The notes under the pieces are model-generated. The model was not told the DNA's origin and did no database searches. It worked only from the letters and a program-made list of their open reading frames with translations. DNA of 64,000 nucleotides, taken from assembly GCA_017654855.1 (NCBI GenBank), contig CM030332.1, positions 5,580,001 to 5,644,000 of the forward strand, given 5' to 3'. Position 1 is the stretch's first letter; every line of letters begins with the position of its first letter. The position numbers and the translations under genes were made by a program. The DNA comes from Podospora anserina. Taxonomy: Eukaryota. Below are positions 39,464 to 49,651 of the stretch, piece by piece.

Positions 39464-40352
39464 GGCGGGCAAAAAAAAGGGCAGGGTTGAGTTTTTATAT
39501 TGTATTCTTTATGTCTTGAAAACGCCCTCGGGCAGGGGTCTCGACCAACAGAATCTCTTCCAGTGAGTCAACAGAAAAACTGTGAAGCGGGACTTGGCGG
39601 CATCACCCTTTTGGGCATTTGGCGAAGACGTGATCGCGGGAGGCGGCCAGAAACCCCCATGTTCTAGTCTTCAGCTTCGTTGTCGGTCCGTTGCCCCTGA
39701 GGTAAGGGAAGTTTTGACAAAGTGAGTGAATCGCTGGTGCCGTGACCCGGTGTCGGCGCGGGGGGGGAGCTTCATGAAAAAGCCGTGGGATAGATGGGAT
39801 CTTTATCCACTGACGGCAGGGCTGAGGATGGCCAATCAGGGGCTGGGTTCATGATGTCATTAACGCCTAGCCAAGAGAGGAACTCAATCGTCGTGGTTGA
39901 CCTTTCACCTTTCCACTGAAGAGTAACAGCTTCTGCGAAAGTTCATCCCGACAACGCCGATGTTTGAAGAGATTCCATCAATCATGAGGCTGCAATGAGT
40001 GTGGACGGGAATCTCTCGGTGGCGCTCGGCATCGTGGAAACCAATTGGACTTGCGAACACAGTTCTCTTGCATCAGTGATCGCTACGATGTCCAACTTGG
40101 GATGAGCCCCTCACACTTTCAAGGAAGGTAGGAGCTGCTCCCGGGAAATAGTAGAGCTACCCCTCTATCCGATTCCCGAGTGGTGATGCCATAGAGAAGA
40201 AAGAATTGGTCACCGAGAAGCCGTGTACCCGGATGCGATGGCTGTAGTCAGCAACCATGCGGTGGGATGAAGTGGTATAAAACCCGGATATGATCAATTG
40301 ATATGGTAGATTACTTCTTCAACCTCGTGTTTGTGTGCCTGGGTTGTTCAAA
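39464..40352. promoter_or_regulatory. Divergent promoter region shared by the DUF1275 gene and oxalate decarboxylase
   Basis: TATAAAA at 40276-40282 (+) and a minus-strand TATA at ~39492-39500; GCCAAG at 39870 and its reverse at 39593; TGAGTCA at 39564. Confidence 0.5.
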
Positions 40353-41786
40353 ATGCGTTTCTCCAGCAGTTCCCTTCTTCTCGGAGCAGTAGCCCTGGTC
40401 TCTGCCTTTCCCGTCCAGGACAGTCCTCGCCAGAGGCTTCTCGACGGCAAACCGCTTCCTGGCAAATACCGGAGCAAGAATCCATATACCCCCGGCTATC
40501 GTGATCCCTATGACACAGCCGTGGATTCCATCGGGAAGGGCCTCGACCCCTTGCCCTGGCGCAATGGCGATGGCGCCTCAGTTCTTGGTCCGTGGAACAG
40601 AGAGCGAGCAAGACAAAATCCAGACCTCGTCCGTCCCCCTTCCACAGACAGCGGCAACATCCCCAACCTCCGCTGGAGTTTCGTAGACTCCCACATCAGA
40701 ATCGAGGCATGCCTGCCCCCCCTTCCCCTTACCACACCTTTATCACTAACTTTTCCCCCCAAGGAAGGAGGCTGGACCCGGCAAACCACCATCCGCGAGC
40801 TCCCCACCTCGATCGAGCTCGCCGGCGTAAACATGCGCCTCGACCACGGCGCCATCCGCGAGCTCCACTGGCACAAAGAAGCCGAGTGGGCCTATGTCTT
40901 GTCAGGCTCCGTCCGCGTGACAGCCCTGGACTACGAAGGCGGCAACTTCATCGACGACCTCTCCCAAGGCGACCTGTGGTACTTCCCCTCCGGCGTCCCC
41001 CATTCCCTCCAAGGCCTCGACCCCAACGGGACCGAATTCCTCCTCATCTTTGACGACGGCCGCTTCTCGGAAGAAAGCACGTTTATCCTCACCGACTGGT
41101 TCGCGCACACGCCCAAGAGCGTGATAAGCAAGAACTTCCACCTCGCCCCCGAGGTGTTTGAGAGGGTGCCCAAGAGGGAGAAGTACATCTTCCAGGGGAG
41201 CAAGCCGGGGAGCATAGAGGAGGAGGAGCCAAAGGGGAAGAATGTCAAGAAGAGCAAGTACCAGTTCACGCATCGGATGCTGGAGCAGGAGGCGCACGTG
41301 ACGAGCGGGGGGAAGGTGAGGATTACGGACTCGAAGAATTTCCCGATCAGCAAGACGGTGGCGGCGGCGCATCTGGACATGGAGGTGGGGAGCCTGAGGG
41401 AGATGCATTGGCATCCTGATGCGGACGAGTGGAGCTTTTTCATCAGGGGGAGGGCGAGGGTGACGGTTTTTGCGGCCGAGGGGACGGCGAGGACGTTTGA
41501 CTACCAGGCTGGGGACGTGGGCATTGTGCCGAAGAATATGGGGCACTTTATTGAGAATATTGGGGATGAGCCGTTGGAGGTGTTGGAGATTTTTAGGGCG
41601 GATGAGTTTAGAGATTTCTCGCTTTTCCAATGGTTGGGCGAGACGCCGAGAAGGATGGTGGTTGATACCTTGTTTGCGGATGACAAGGAGGCCGGGGAGA
41701 AGTTTTTGAAGGAGATAAACAATCCGGTCAAGGACGAAATTACGCTGCCAGATATTAAGAATGACGAGGAAGAAGACGACTTGTAA
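40353..41786 (+). CDS. oxdC: Secreted oxalate decarboxylase (Mn bicupin); probable GC-AG intron 40707-40763
   Basis: Signal peptide; two cupin motifs IRELHWHKEAEWAY...GDLWYFPSGVPHSLQ and LREMHWHPDADEWSFF...GHFIEN; lid segment FSEEST. Confidence 0.95.
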   Translation: MRFSSSSLLLGAVALVSAFPVQDSPRQRLLDGKPLPGKYRSKNPYTPGYRDPYDTAVDSIGKGLDPLPWRNGDGASVLGPWNRERARQNPDLVRPPSTDSGNIPNLRWSFVDSHIRIEACLPPLPLTTPLSLTFPPKEGGWTRQTTIRELPTSIELAGVNMRLDHGAIRELHWHKEAEWAYVLSGSVRVTALDYEGGNFIDDLSQGDLWYFPSGVPHSLQGLDPNGTEFLLIFDDGRFSEESTFILTDWFAHTPKSVISKNFHLAPEVFERVPKREKYIFQGSKPGSIEEEEPKGKNVKKSKYQFTHRMLEQEAHVTSGGKVRITDSKNFPISKTVAAAHLDMEVGSLREMHWHPDADEWSFFIRGRARVTVFAAEGTARTFDYQAGDVGIVPKNMGHFIENIGDEPLEVLEIFRADEFRDFSLFQWLGETPRRMVVDTLFADDKEAGEKFLKEINNPVKDEITLPDIKNDEEEDDL

Positions 41787-41961
41787 GGGGGACACTGGGG
41801 AGAAGAATATTGTTCATGTCATTATATTGAGAGGCTTTATATACCGAGAACATATCTTGCACCAGAGAAAGAACGCAACGTGATGTCCCTTATCACCGGC
41901 CTGACCCACAAGCCCGCAAACGCCATGCTTCCATATCCCAAGCCACAGAAAGACAGTAAGA

Positions 41962-44142
41962 TTACATGTAGTGCATCATCTGCTGAGGAGCACCAGGCCG
42001 CTTCTTCTCAATGATGAGGACCGTCTCAATGAACTGCCGCTCCAAGGTGTCGCTCTTCCTTCTCCTGGCCAACAAGCTTGCCGTCTTGAGCACGTTCTTG
42101 ATCTGGCGACCATTGAGCTTGAGCTCGGAAAGCTCACTGATGTCCTTGTCAGTGAGGTTGCTCTTGATGGTCGAGTTCCGGAGGAAGTTCTTCCAGATGA
42201 TCTTGCGAGCAGACACCGTAAGATCAGGGTACTCGATGCTCACGTGGATACGCGACTGGAAGGCCGCATCGATCTCGCCGCAGCGGTTAGTCGTCAGGAA
42301 CATGATGCCCTCATAGTACTCCAAGGTCCGGAGGAAGATGGTGACGATCTTGTTGCGCTCAATCTCGTGGTTGCTGCGGGCCTCGAGGAAGACATCGCAC
42401 TCATCGAGGAGCAAGACGGCGTTCCATCTCGAGACCAACTCCAAGATGGAGTTCAGCTCCCTCTCGACCTCCCATGGATCAGACCCAAGATCACCAGAGC
42501 TCAGCATGTGAAGTGGCACCCTGAGGTTCTCCGCCACGGCCTCAGCTGTCAACGTCTTACCAACACCAGGAGGACCAGAGAGCAGGCAGATGATGCCCTT
42601 GCCCTTGCCGGCGATGATATCGTCGAAGCTGTCACCCGCGAGCTGGGCTTCGGTGAAGGACAGGATGAGCTCCTTCTGGTCGGCGGGAAGCACCAGCCTG
42701 TCAAAGGCAGTAGTGTTCCATCTCACGTCTGTGATCTGTTCCAGGAAAAAGTCGACCCACTTCTTGTACTTCAGACTGTACCCGCGGGTTCGCGAACGGC
42801 AGAGCATCTTGTAGTAGTCAGGCATGACAAATTCCTCGGACTCGATGCCGCTCTCGACCTTGTGCTTGTTGAAGCGCTCGATGTCGGTAGCGTTGAAGTC
42901 ATTGAGGTACCTCACCCGCCAAGGGCTGAAGCGGTTGAAGCTTTCGATATCCACCACGATTCTCCCAGTAATCTGGATGTCGACCTCGTTGCCTTCTCTG
43001 TTCCAAGTAATGGCGCGTCCAGAGTATTCCCTATAGTGGTGACCAGCCAGCTTCTCGAAGATGGTTCCACGCTTGAGAAGCTGGGCGGTGATCTCCTCTT
43101 TCTTCTCGTGGAAGTGGAAGGGGTAAACCTTGAGACCGGTGATCTTCTTAGTGCCGAGGAATTCAGGGATGTTGATGGCCTCCTGGTAGCGGCCGAATTC
43201 CTTGCCGCCATAGTCGACACAGTCGCAACGGACCTGAAGGAACTTGCCGCAGTTGTTGGCCATGTACTCGGTCTCTACCATCTCGAAGCCGGACATGGGA
43301 CCGAGGTAGGCAGAGAGGACAATGGTTCCGGGCTGGAAGATCATCCACAGATCCTTGAAGCAGACAACACCATTCTTGACATAGTCCTGGAAAGTCTTGA
43401 TGTTGTCGCCGATCTCGTAGTTGAGGATGTCGTAGAGGATCTTCATGTGCTCCTTGGTCTTCTCCTCGAGGTCGGGCTTCTCCATGTACTTGGTGAACTC
43501 GGCCCATCGGTGAACAAAGGGCTTGAAAGGCGCCTCAAACTCTAGCCGGCTGAGCTCGCAGGCAACACCGGGATAGTCGGCCATGATCTCGGAGAGAGCA
43601 TCGCGGAGCCATGGGCTCTGCACCACGATGCTGTGCGCCTCCAGCTTCTTGCGGCTGTCCTGACTCTTCATGTTGCGGACAACGACAGCGTAGGTGGCCG
43701 TCTCCTCATTCTCAGCAGCCTCCTCGACACCATCTGGATACTTGTCGACCCAGGTCCACTCTCCATCTTCCACTGGACCCTTGTAGATGTCCTTCCTTTG
43801 ACTGATGCTCCCTACTTGAACTTTGGGTTTCTCCTCCTCCTCCTTGTCCTCATCGCTCTTCTCCTCGTCCTTCTTCTCTTCTGTCTTTTCCCCTGTCTTG
43901 TCCTCTTCCTTCTTGTCTTCCTTCTTGTCTTCCTTCTTGTCTTCCTTGTTCTCCTCTGTCTTCTCCTCCTTCTTCTCCTCCTCCTTCTTCTCCTCCTTCT
44001 TCTCCTCCTTCTTCACCTCTGCTTGCTCCGTCTTCGACTTGTCGGCGGCGGTGGACCCGGAGGTGAGGGAGGTAGCGGACCCACTCTTTGCCGATTTCTC
44101 GGCGGCGCTCTTCTTGGAGCGGCGGGGCCAGCAACGAACCAT
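41962..44142 (-). CDS. Fungal AAA+ ATPase with a K/E-rich N-terminal tail
   Basis: Walker A GPPGVGKT, Walker B LLLDECDVF, sensor FLTTNR, Arg finger AFQSRI, LNGRQIKN; single exon. Confidence 0.92.
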   Translation of the reverse strand: MVRCWPRRSKKSAAEKSAKSGSATSLTSGSTAADKSKTEQAEVKKEEKKEEKKEEEKKEEKTEENKEDKKEDKKEDKKEEDKTGEKTEEKKDEEKSDEDKEEEEKPKVQVGSISQRKDIYKGPVEDGEWTWVDKYPDGVEEAAENEETATYAVVVRNMKSQDSRKKLEAHSIVVQSPWLRDALSEIMADYPGVACELSRLEFEAPFKPFVHRWAEFTKYMEKPDLEEKTKEHMKILYDILNYEIGDNIKTFQDYVKNGVVCFKDLWMIFQPGTIVLSAYLGPMSGFEMVETEYMANNCGKFLQVRCDCVDYGGKEFGRYQEAINIPEFLGTKKITGLKVYPFHFHEKKEEITAQLLKRGTIFEKLAGHHYREYSGRAITWNREGNEVDIQITGRIVVDIESFNRFSPWRVRYLNDFNATDIERFNKHKVESGIESEEFVMPDYYKMLCRSRTRGYSLKYKKWVDFFLEQITDVRWNTTAFDRLVLPADQKELILSFTEAQLAGDSFDDIIAGKGKGIICLLSGPPGVGKTLTAEAVAENLRVPLHMLSSGDLGSDPWEVERELNSILELVSRWNAVLLLDECDVFLEARSNHEIERNKIVTIFLRTLEYYEGIMFLTTNRCGEIDAAFQSRIHVSIEYPDLTVSARKIIWKNFLRNSTIKSNLTDKDISELSELKLNGRQIKNVLKTASLLARRRKSDTLERQFIETVLIIEKKRPGAPQQMMHYM
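43825..44015 (-). repeat. Degenerate 12-nt tandem repeat encoding KKEE/KKED units
   Basis: Repeated ttcttctcctcc / ttcttgtcttcc units on the + strand. Confidence 0.8.
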
Positions 44143-45386
44143 GGTCAATGCTTTGGTGGGGTCGTTGTGTGTAAGTGATAACGTGGGAAGAGAGGAAGTG
44201 AAGAAACCCCGAGGAAGATGGGGCCTTCAATTGGTGTTGTAGATGATGATGATGAAAGCCTTGTGTTTAACTTGATTTCTGAAGGTTGGAATGCGTCCCT
44301 TTATCTATGTGCTCAGAACAGCAAGCCTCGTCCATTGCAAAGTTCAGCTTTTGCACGGTACAAGAAGCCAAACAGGCAGCACAGGGCCCTAATCTCCACT
44401 TCCGGGGCCTGAAGCGGCTAGTGACTCACTGCGGTAACTGGGTCCACCGACGGCCGAGTGAGCTTGCAGCGGCTGCCTCCACCGGCTGCCGTCCTCAGAT
44501 CCCATCACAACAACCAAACGAGTCCTTGTTTGCATGGATTGGTATGCAATGCGAAGGTGTAATTTGTCCAGTCCTCAAAGGCAAACTGCGAGGAGAACTC
44601 GAGGAATCCGCTTTTCTCATCCAAATCTTCAAAAGTCACTCGCCGAGTGCGGGGTCAAGGGCTGAGTCGCCCAGCGAAGGGACCGGGAAGCCATCCTCTT
44701 CAGAGGCCCCCCGAAGATCCCCGCACGCCACATCTCCAACTCAAACGACAAAAACCAAGCTTCGTCACCGCTTCCAGGCCATGGATGCTATCACCATCCA
44801 ATCACCAATCCGCACGCACGAGGCCTCTGCAGGCCACCCAGTTGGAAGCCTAGCGCTCCAGGCATGATTACTCCGTAAAGGCAGGAAGAAAAGCAAGCAC
44901 TGCGTATGCAAGACAACGGCCCTCAGGGCTGGCTATCCGACCTTCCCCTAACCGCCACGTCTTGATGCCAAGCGCCTCGTCTCACATCAGCACCATGAAT
45001 TCGCCATCGTTGATATCTTTCCAATAGAGGATGGGCATCTGTCAATTGCTGATTCAACGGCGAGGTGTGTTTACATGTATGTTCGCGCTGATAATCTACA
45101 CATTTTCGGTGCCATCAACACATCAGCAGTCCCATGACTCTCATGCTGGACAGAACGAGCGGTGGACCTGCATAGTATACTTCGTACGCAGCATGGATCC
45201 TCGGATGATTCCCCCATATCCTGATGAGGCTTGGGGTCCCACAAGGCTGAGCCTCTGTCCTGCAGCACCCCATCGGCTGTGTTACTTTGTCTTCACATCG
45301 GTTCTGGATAGGCTATGAGAACGACCTCCTGCCGCGATATGGAACCACCACTAGCATTGCCTCTTTCCCTGTCCCTGTCTGTCCTT

Positions 45387-45999
45387 TCATAAACATCGCC
45401 AACCGACAAACCCGAGGATAAAGTCTGCTTTTCCCAATGGCACGCCTTTGGCTCGCAAGATCGAGTAAGCAGTAGTGACATGGAAGATAAAGTTGGGTAT
45501 CCCATGGAATTGGACCGCTTCGGTCACAGTGACCTTGAGGGGACGACCTCCCGCCACGCTGGCCAACATTAACATCACGGCTCAGGAAACATGCCCTCAA
45601 GATTACTCACATGTCTACAAGGTCTTCGTCCCTCTTATGAGGACGCTCCTTCATCAACTCTCTCACCTCGAGCTGAGCCATCGAGACTCTCATCTCCAAT
45701 TCCTCGAATGTCTTCTCGTTGTTGTTGAAAGGGCCGTCCAGGTCCCACTGGTTACCTGTCATTCTGTCGAGATTCATAAAGACTGTTCTGATAGCATTTT
45801 GAACCTGGAAAACGAGCGGGAGCTGGTCGTCTATCAATCGTGCTTGGACATACACTTTGTCCCCGTTGAGGCCCTGTTTGTTTGCAAATCTCCTGCCTTC
45901 CTCCAAAATATGAAGAAGAGCACCTAGACCGTTGCGAAAGATGGGGAGTGCGAAGTCGCAGAGCGAGAGCGGGAGAGGATCTGAAGACGGCGCGGGCAT
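45387..45999 (-). CDS. DUF1993 (DinB-like helical bundle) protein; intron 45559-45610
   Basis: LGALLHIL, ARLIDDQLPLVFQVQ, EKTFEELEMRV, and after splicing IPNFIFHVTTAYSILRAKGVPLGKADF. Confidence 0.9.
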
Positions 46000-46808
46000 T
46001 CTGAAGACGGCGGGCGGTATGTATGAGTTCGGAGAGGGTTAGGCTTTCTCAGAGTTCAAATAGGGAAGATGTGTATCGAAGACTACTGTCATTGAATTGC
46101 TCAGCTTCCTGATATCTGGTTTGTAGTCGGCACCAGTTGTAGAGATCCTTGTTGGACGCAATTGGCCAATCGGCAACATTAATAAGCTCCGAAAACTGCC
46201 CTTGGGAAACCTCAACAGATGCCTTCTACTGGGTACCTTATATATACAACAGAATGAACATGTGTGCGACAAATTAAGATGTAAACGTCAATCAAGTGGT
46301 GCGTGTCACGCCGTCAAGCATCCCAATTGCTATCACAAACTCGCGACCAAGGAGTGTCGAACGCCTGATCAATGACTCCGTCAGGTATGGAGGAAAGTGA
46401 CTATTTGCATCATAACGACAAATTCCGCTGTACAAAATGTACCACACATCTCCATTAGTGTCAAGTGTGTCGGGAAAACCCTGTCCCAGTTCTACAAATG
46501 TTGCTTGGTCCATACTGAAGACACTCAGGGGCTTCTGTACTGCATATTCGAGTTGCAGACTTCATCCGCATAGCGGCCATGTAGGAGCTATATGCTGGCC
46601 ATATTGGTCACACGCAAACTGTTCAGTGGAAAGTTCAAGAGTCACCAAGCCAGTGTCAAAGATGTGGCTGCCAAAACTAAAATGTCGATGACTCGCGAAC
46701 CTCAACGGCGCCACAAAGCCAACCGCCTTCCAACATGTCTATAAATTTCCTGGCCCAATTCCACTGTTTTCCCTTCTTCCTCTCAGACTCTCACACCAGA
46801 CAACAACA

Positions 46809-47616
46809 ATGACCTGCCTCAACAGCGAGATAAGCCTCACCGAACGATTACCTTCTCCATCAAAACAAGAAGAATAATCCTAGGAAGACACCCGTGATCG
46901 ACCAGACACAATGGCCGTCCAGCCCAAGTCCAAGATCACCGTTGCCGGTACTCGCGCCCAGGTCCAAGCCCTCCTCGCCCACTCCCTCTCCCCTGACAAC
47001 AAGCGCAACTTCCTCGAGACGGTCGAGTTGCAATTCGGCCTCACCAACTACGACCCCGCCCGCACCAAGCGCTTCTCCGGCTCTGTCAAGCTTCCCTCAG
47101 CGACCAGCACGACCTCGGTCGTGCTAAGCACCAGGGCCTGGATAGCATGTCGTTTGACAACCTCAAGAAGCTGAACAAGAACAAGAGGCTCATCAAGAAG
47201 CTAGCGCGCTAGTACGATGCGTTTGTCTGCTCGGATACCAAGGTTCGGGAGATCCCCAGGGTTTTGGGACCGGGCTTGTCAAAGGGTAAGTTGAGACCCC
47301 TCCTTGCCACCTCCCATGTAGCACTGAATACTAATTGCATGTCATGAACACAGCCGACAAGTTCCCCACAACGGTTTTGCACAGCGAGGACCTCGCGGAG
47401 AAGATAATCGACGTCAAGTCCACCATCAGGTTCAGGCTGCGCAAGAACCTCTGCATTGCCATGGCCATTGGTAATGTGGACATGACCACGGAGCATTTGG
47501 TGGCCAACATCATGATCACCATCAACTACCTGGTGTCATGCCTCAAGAAGGGATGGTCCAACGTCAACAGCACTGTCATCAAGTCGACCATGTCGCGTCC
47601 CCGTTATCTTTTCTAA
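46809..47616 (+). pseudogene. rpl1: Disrupted paralog of 60S ribosomal protein uL1 (L10a/Rpl1); intron 47286-47353
   Basis: SKITVAG...[29 protein letters not shown], then a frameshift at ~47100 into [10 protein letters not shown]...[20 protein letters not shown] (TAG 47210-47212); exon 2 KFPT...VKSTIRF.L.K.LC.A.AIGNV...NYLVS.LKKGW.NV. Confidence 0.88.
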
Positions 47617-48040
47617 GACAATCATTTCGCGGCTGCGCTTCTACATTTTGAGTAAGCACGCCGTGGGGGAAGCACGGGGTAGGCTGGGAAGGATTTCAGT
47701 GTGAAGTGGGCAAGTCTTTGACAGATTTGAATGGGGGCATCAGCTTAGCCGCTGTATGCTTGTCCAGCTAGAGAACATTTAGCTACTGTAGACATCCAAT
47801 AGACTCATCTTCACACATACCTAGAGCTCCTTTGGTTCTTTTAGGCGACCAATGATAGGGATAGCAAGACAATAGCCTCCAGACTAAAGAGCATATGCGG
47901 TTGCTTGGGGCAGACCACTGGGTATCAAATGTACATTGAAACAAAAGAACAATGAAAACAAAACTCACCGACTCTCCCACACAAAGCCTATCAACCAACC
48001 CCATGAACAGTAGCACCTCCCTCAGGCCTACCGTCCCTAC

Positions 48041-49100
48041 CTAGTAGTAATAACTATCCCGATAACCACTCGGATGCCCTGACCACCACCTTGAATAGCT
48101 GCTTGTATCTGTCAACAGTGTCAGTATGAAAAACCTCTTTCAACAAGCCGTACATGCACGCAACAACATACCTCTAACTGGACTAATCCCCAACTGCTCC
48201 GCCACATTGACATACCCACCACCATCCGCGCTCCTCTTGCCCTTCTCCCTGTTCACCTTCTTCATCATCTCCCTCTCCGACTCCTTTTCCCACACGCTCC
48301 TACAATACGGACACGTCACCTCCCCTCTGCCTTGCCCCCGTTTGGTAGCAGCCCACATGTCAAAACATTGCTTGTGGACGTTCTGTCCGCAGGCGGCTTT
48401 GCACCAGACAATCTCCTCCTTCTTTGTTGCTGTGTCAAGCTCCTCGAAGCAAATAGGGCAATCTCCTTCGACTGGTTTGCGTTTGCCGTCTTCTTCGTTG
48501 TTGTTGTTGTTGTTGTTTGCGCTGCCAGAAACGATGGGTGGAGCCCCAGCAAAGATTTGGTTGAGCTCGGTGGTGAGAAAAGCGAGTTGGTAGACTAGAT
48601 GGGCAGGGCAGCGGAGGACGCGGGAGAGGACGTAGATGATGTGTTTGCACTGCTGGTTTGTTCTTGCAAAGTGGGGGCAGGTGCAGGTGGGGAGGAGGGA
48701 GATGAGGATGGTGTAGATGTTGCCTGTTGAGCCCGTGAGTTCAATTGTTTCGGATGGGGGGCTGAATTCGAGGGATGAAGGGGTGGTGCGGTGGCGGGAT
48801 AGGACGAAGAAGCGTTGGGTTAAGGCGCGGGCGTAGAGGTCGTGGAAGGATTGGGGAGGTTTGGGCCGGAAACTGGAGGGGCGTATTAGTCATGAATGAG
48901 GGGAAAAGGGGGGATGAATGGGGGGGTTGGTACCGGCGAAGGCGTTTCTCTTCCTTGGGTTGGGAGAGACGTTGTTTTTTAGTAGGGGTTTTGGAATCGT
49001 CATTGTTGCTGGCAGAGGCGTGGGGTTGCTTGCGCTTGGTGGATGATGGAGTTGTGGTTGATGACGTCGTGGGGACAGTGGACTTTTGGGGGGCACCCAT
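48041..49100 (-). CDS. SWIM zinc finger + RING finger protein (putative E3 ligase); introns ~48873-48932 and ~48111-48171
   Basis: Spliced frame gives ELTGSTGNIYTI..CTCPHF....CKHIIYVL (SWIM) and CPICFEE...WCKAACGQNVHKQCFDMW...CPYCRSVW (RING). Confidence 0.88.
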
Positions 49101-49628
49101 TTTGCCGCTGAGTGCGCAAGTTTGGCGCAATGGTATCAAGAGTTACAACCCGAATCTATTTCGAAGACTGTGTCACTTCCTGGATGGGAAAACGCAGTTG
49201 TTCAAAGGAAAAAGGGTGGCGGAGAATTGGATGGCCGCGATTGATGCTGAAATGATAAGCTCCACTTTTACTGTTAGTGTGGCGAGCGGGGTGTCACGGA
49301 GCTCTCGCGAAGTCACATGACGGTGAGCTCGGCACAGTAACCCTAATCCACTTACATCGAAGCGACCACAGCCACCATGCAAAGCAACGCCAGGATCAAC
49401 CTGATGAACTTGACCAATATATTCAATATATAGCTAATGATTCTAATTTGGTTGAAATTGTCAGTATCTAGTAATGAAACAGCATCTTCGTCTTTTCTCA
49501 GAGCCTAACCCTTATGCGCTCATGTCGGTCAGGGTTATCTATGGCCTATCTTTGACTTGAAGATCAACAAATCTTGGCATCATCCTCCTCTATGAAGATT
49601 GATACGCATCATGCACCATATTCATGGC

Positions 49629-49651
49629 TTTTTTTTTTTTTTTTTTTTTTT
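49629..49651. repeat. Poly-T homopolymer (~23 nt)
   Basis: Seen directly in the intergenic region. Confidence 0.9.

Noticed and set aside
41971-43545. 524-aa + strand ORF
   Set aside because: Antisense shadow of the AAA ATPase caused by biased codon use; no motifs.
47210-47212. uL1 internal TAG as an A-to-I-correctable premature stop
   Set aside because: Editing cannot repair the upstream frameshifting deletion, and the aligned residue in canonical uL1 is not Trp.
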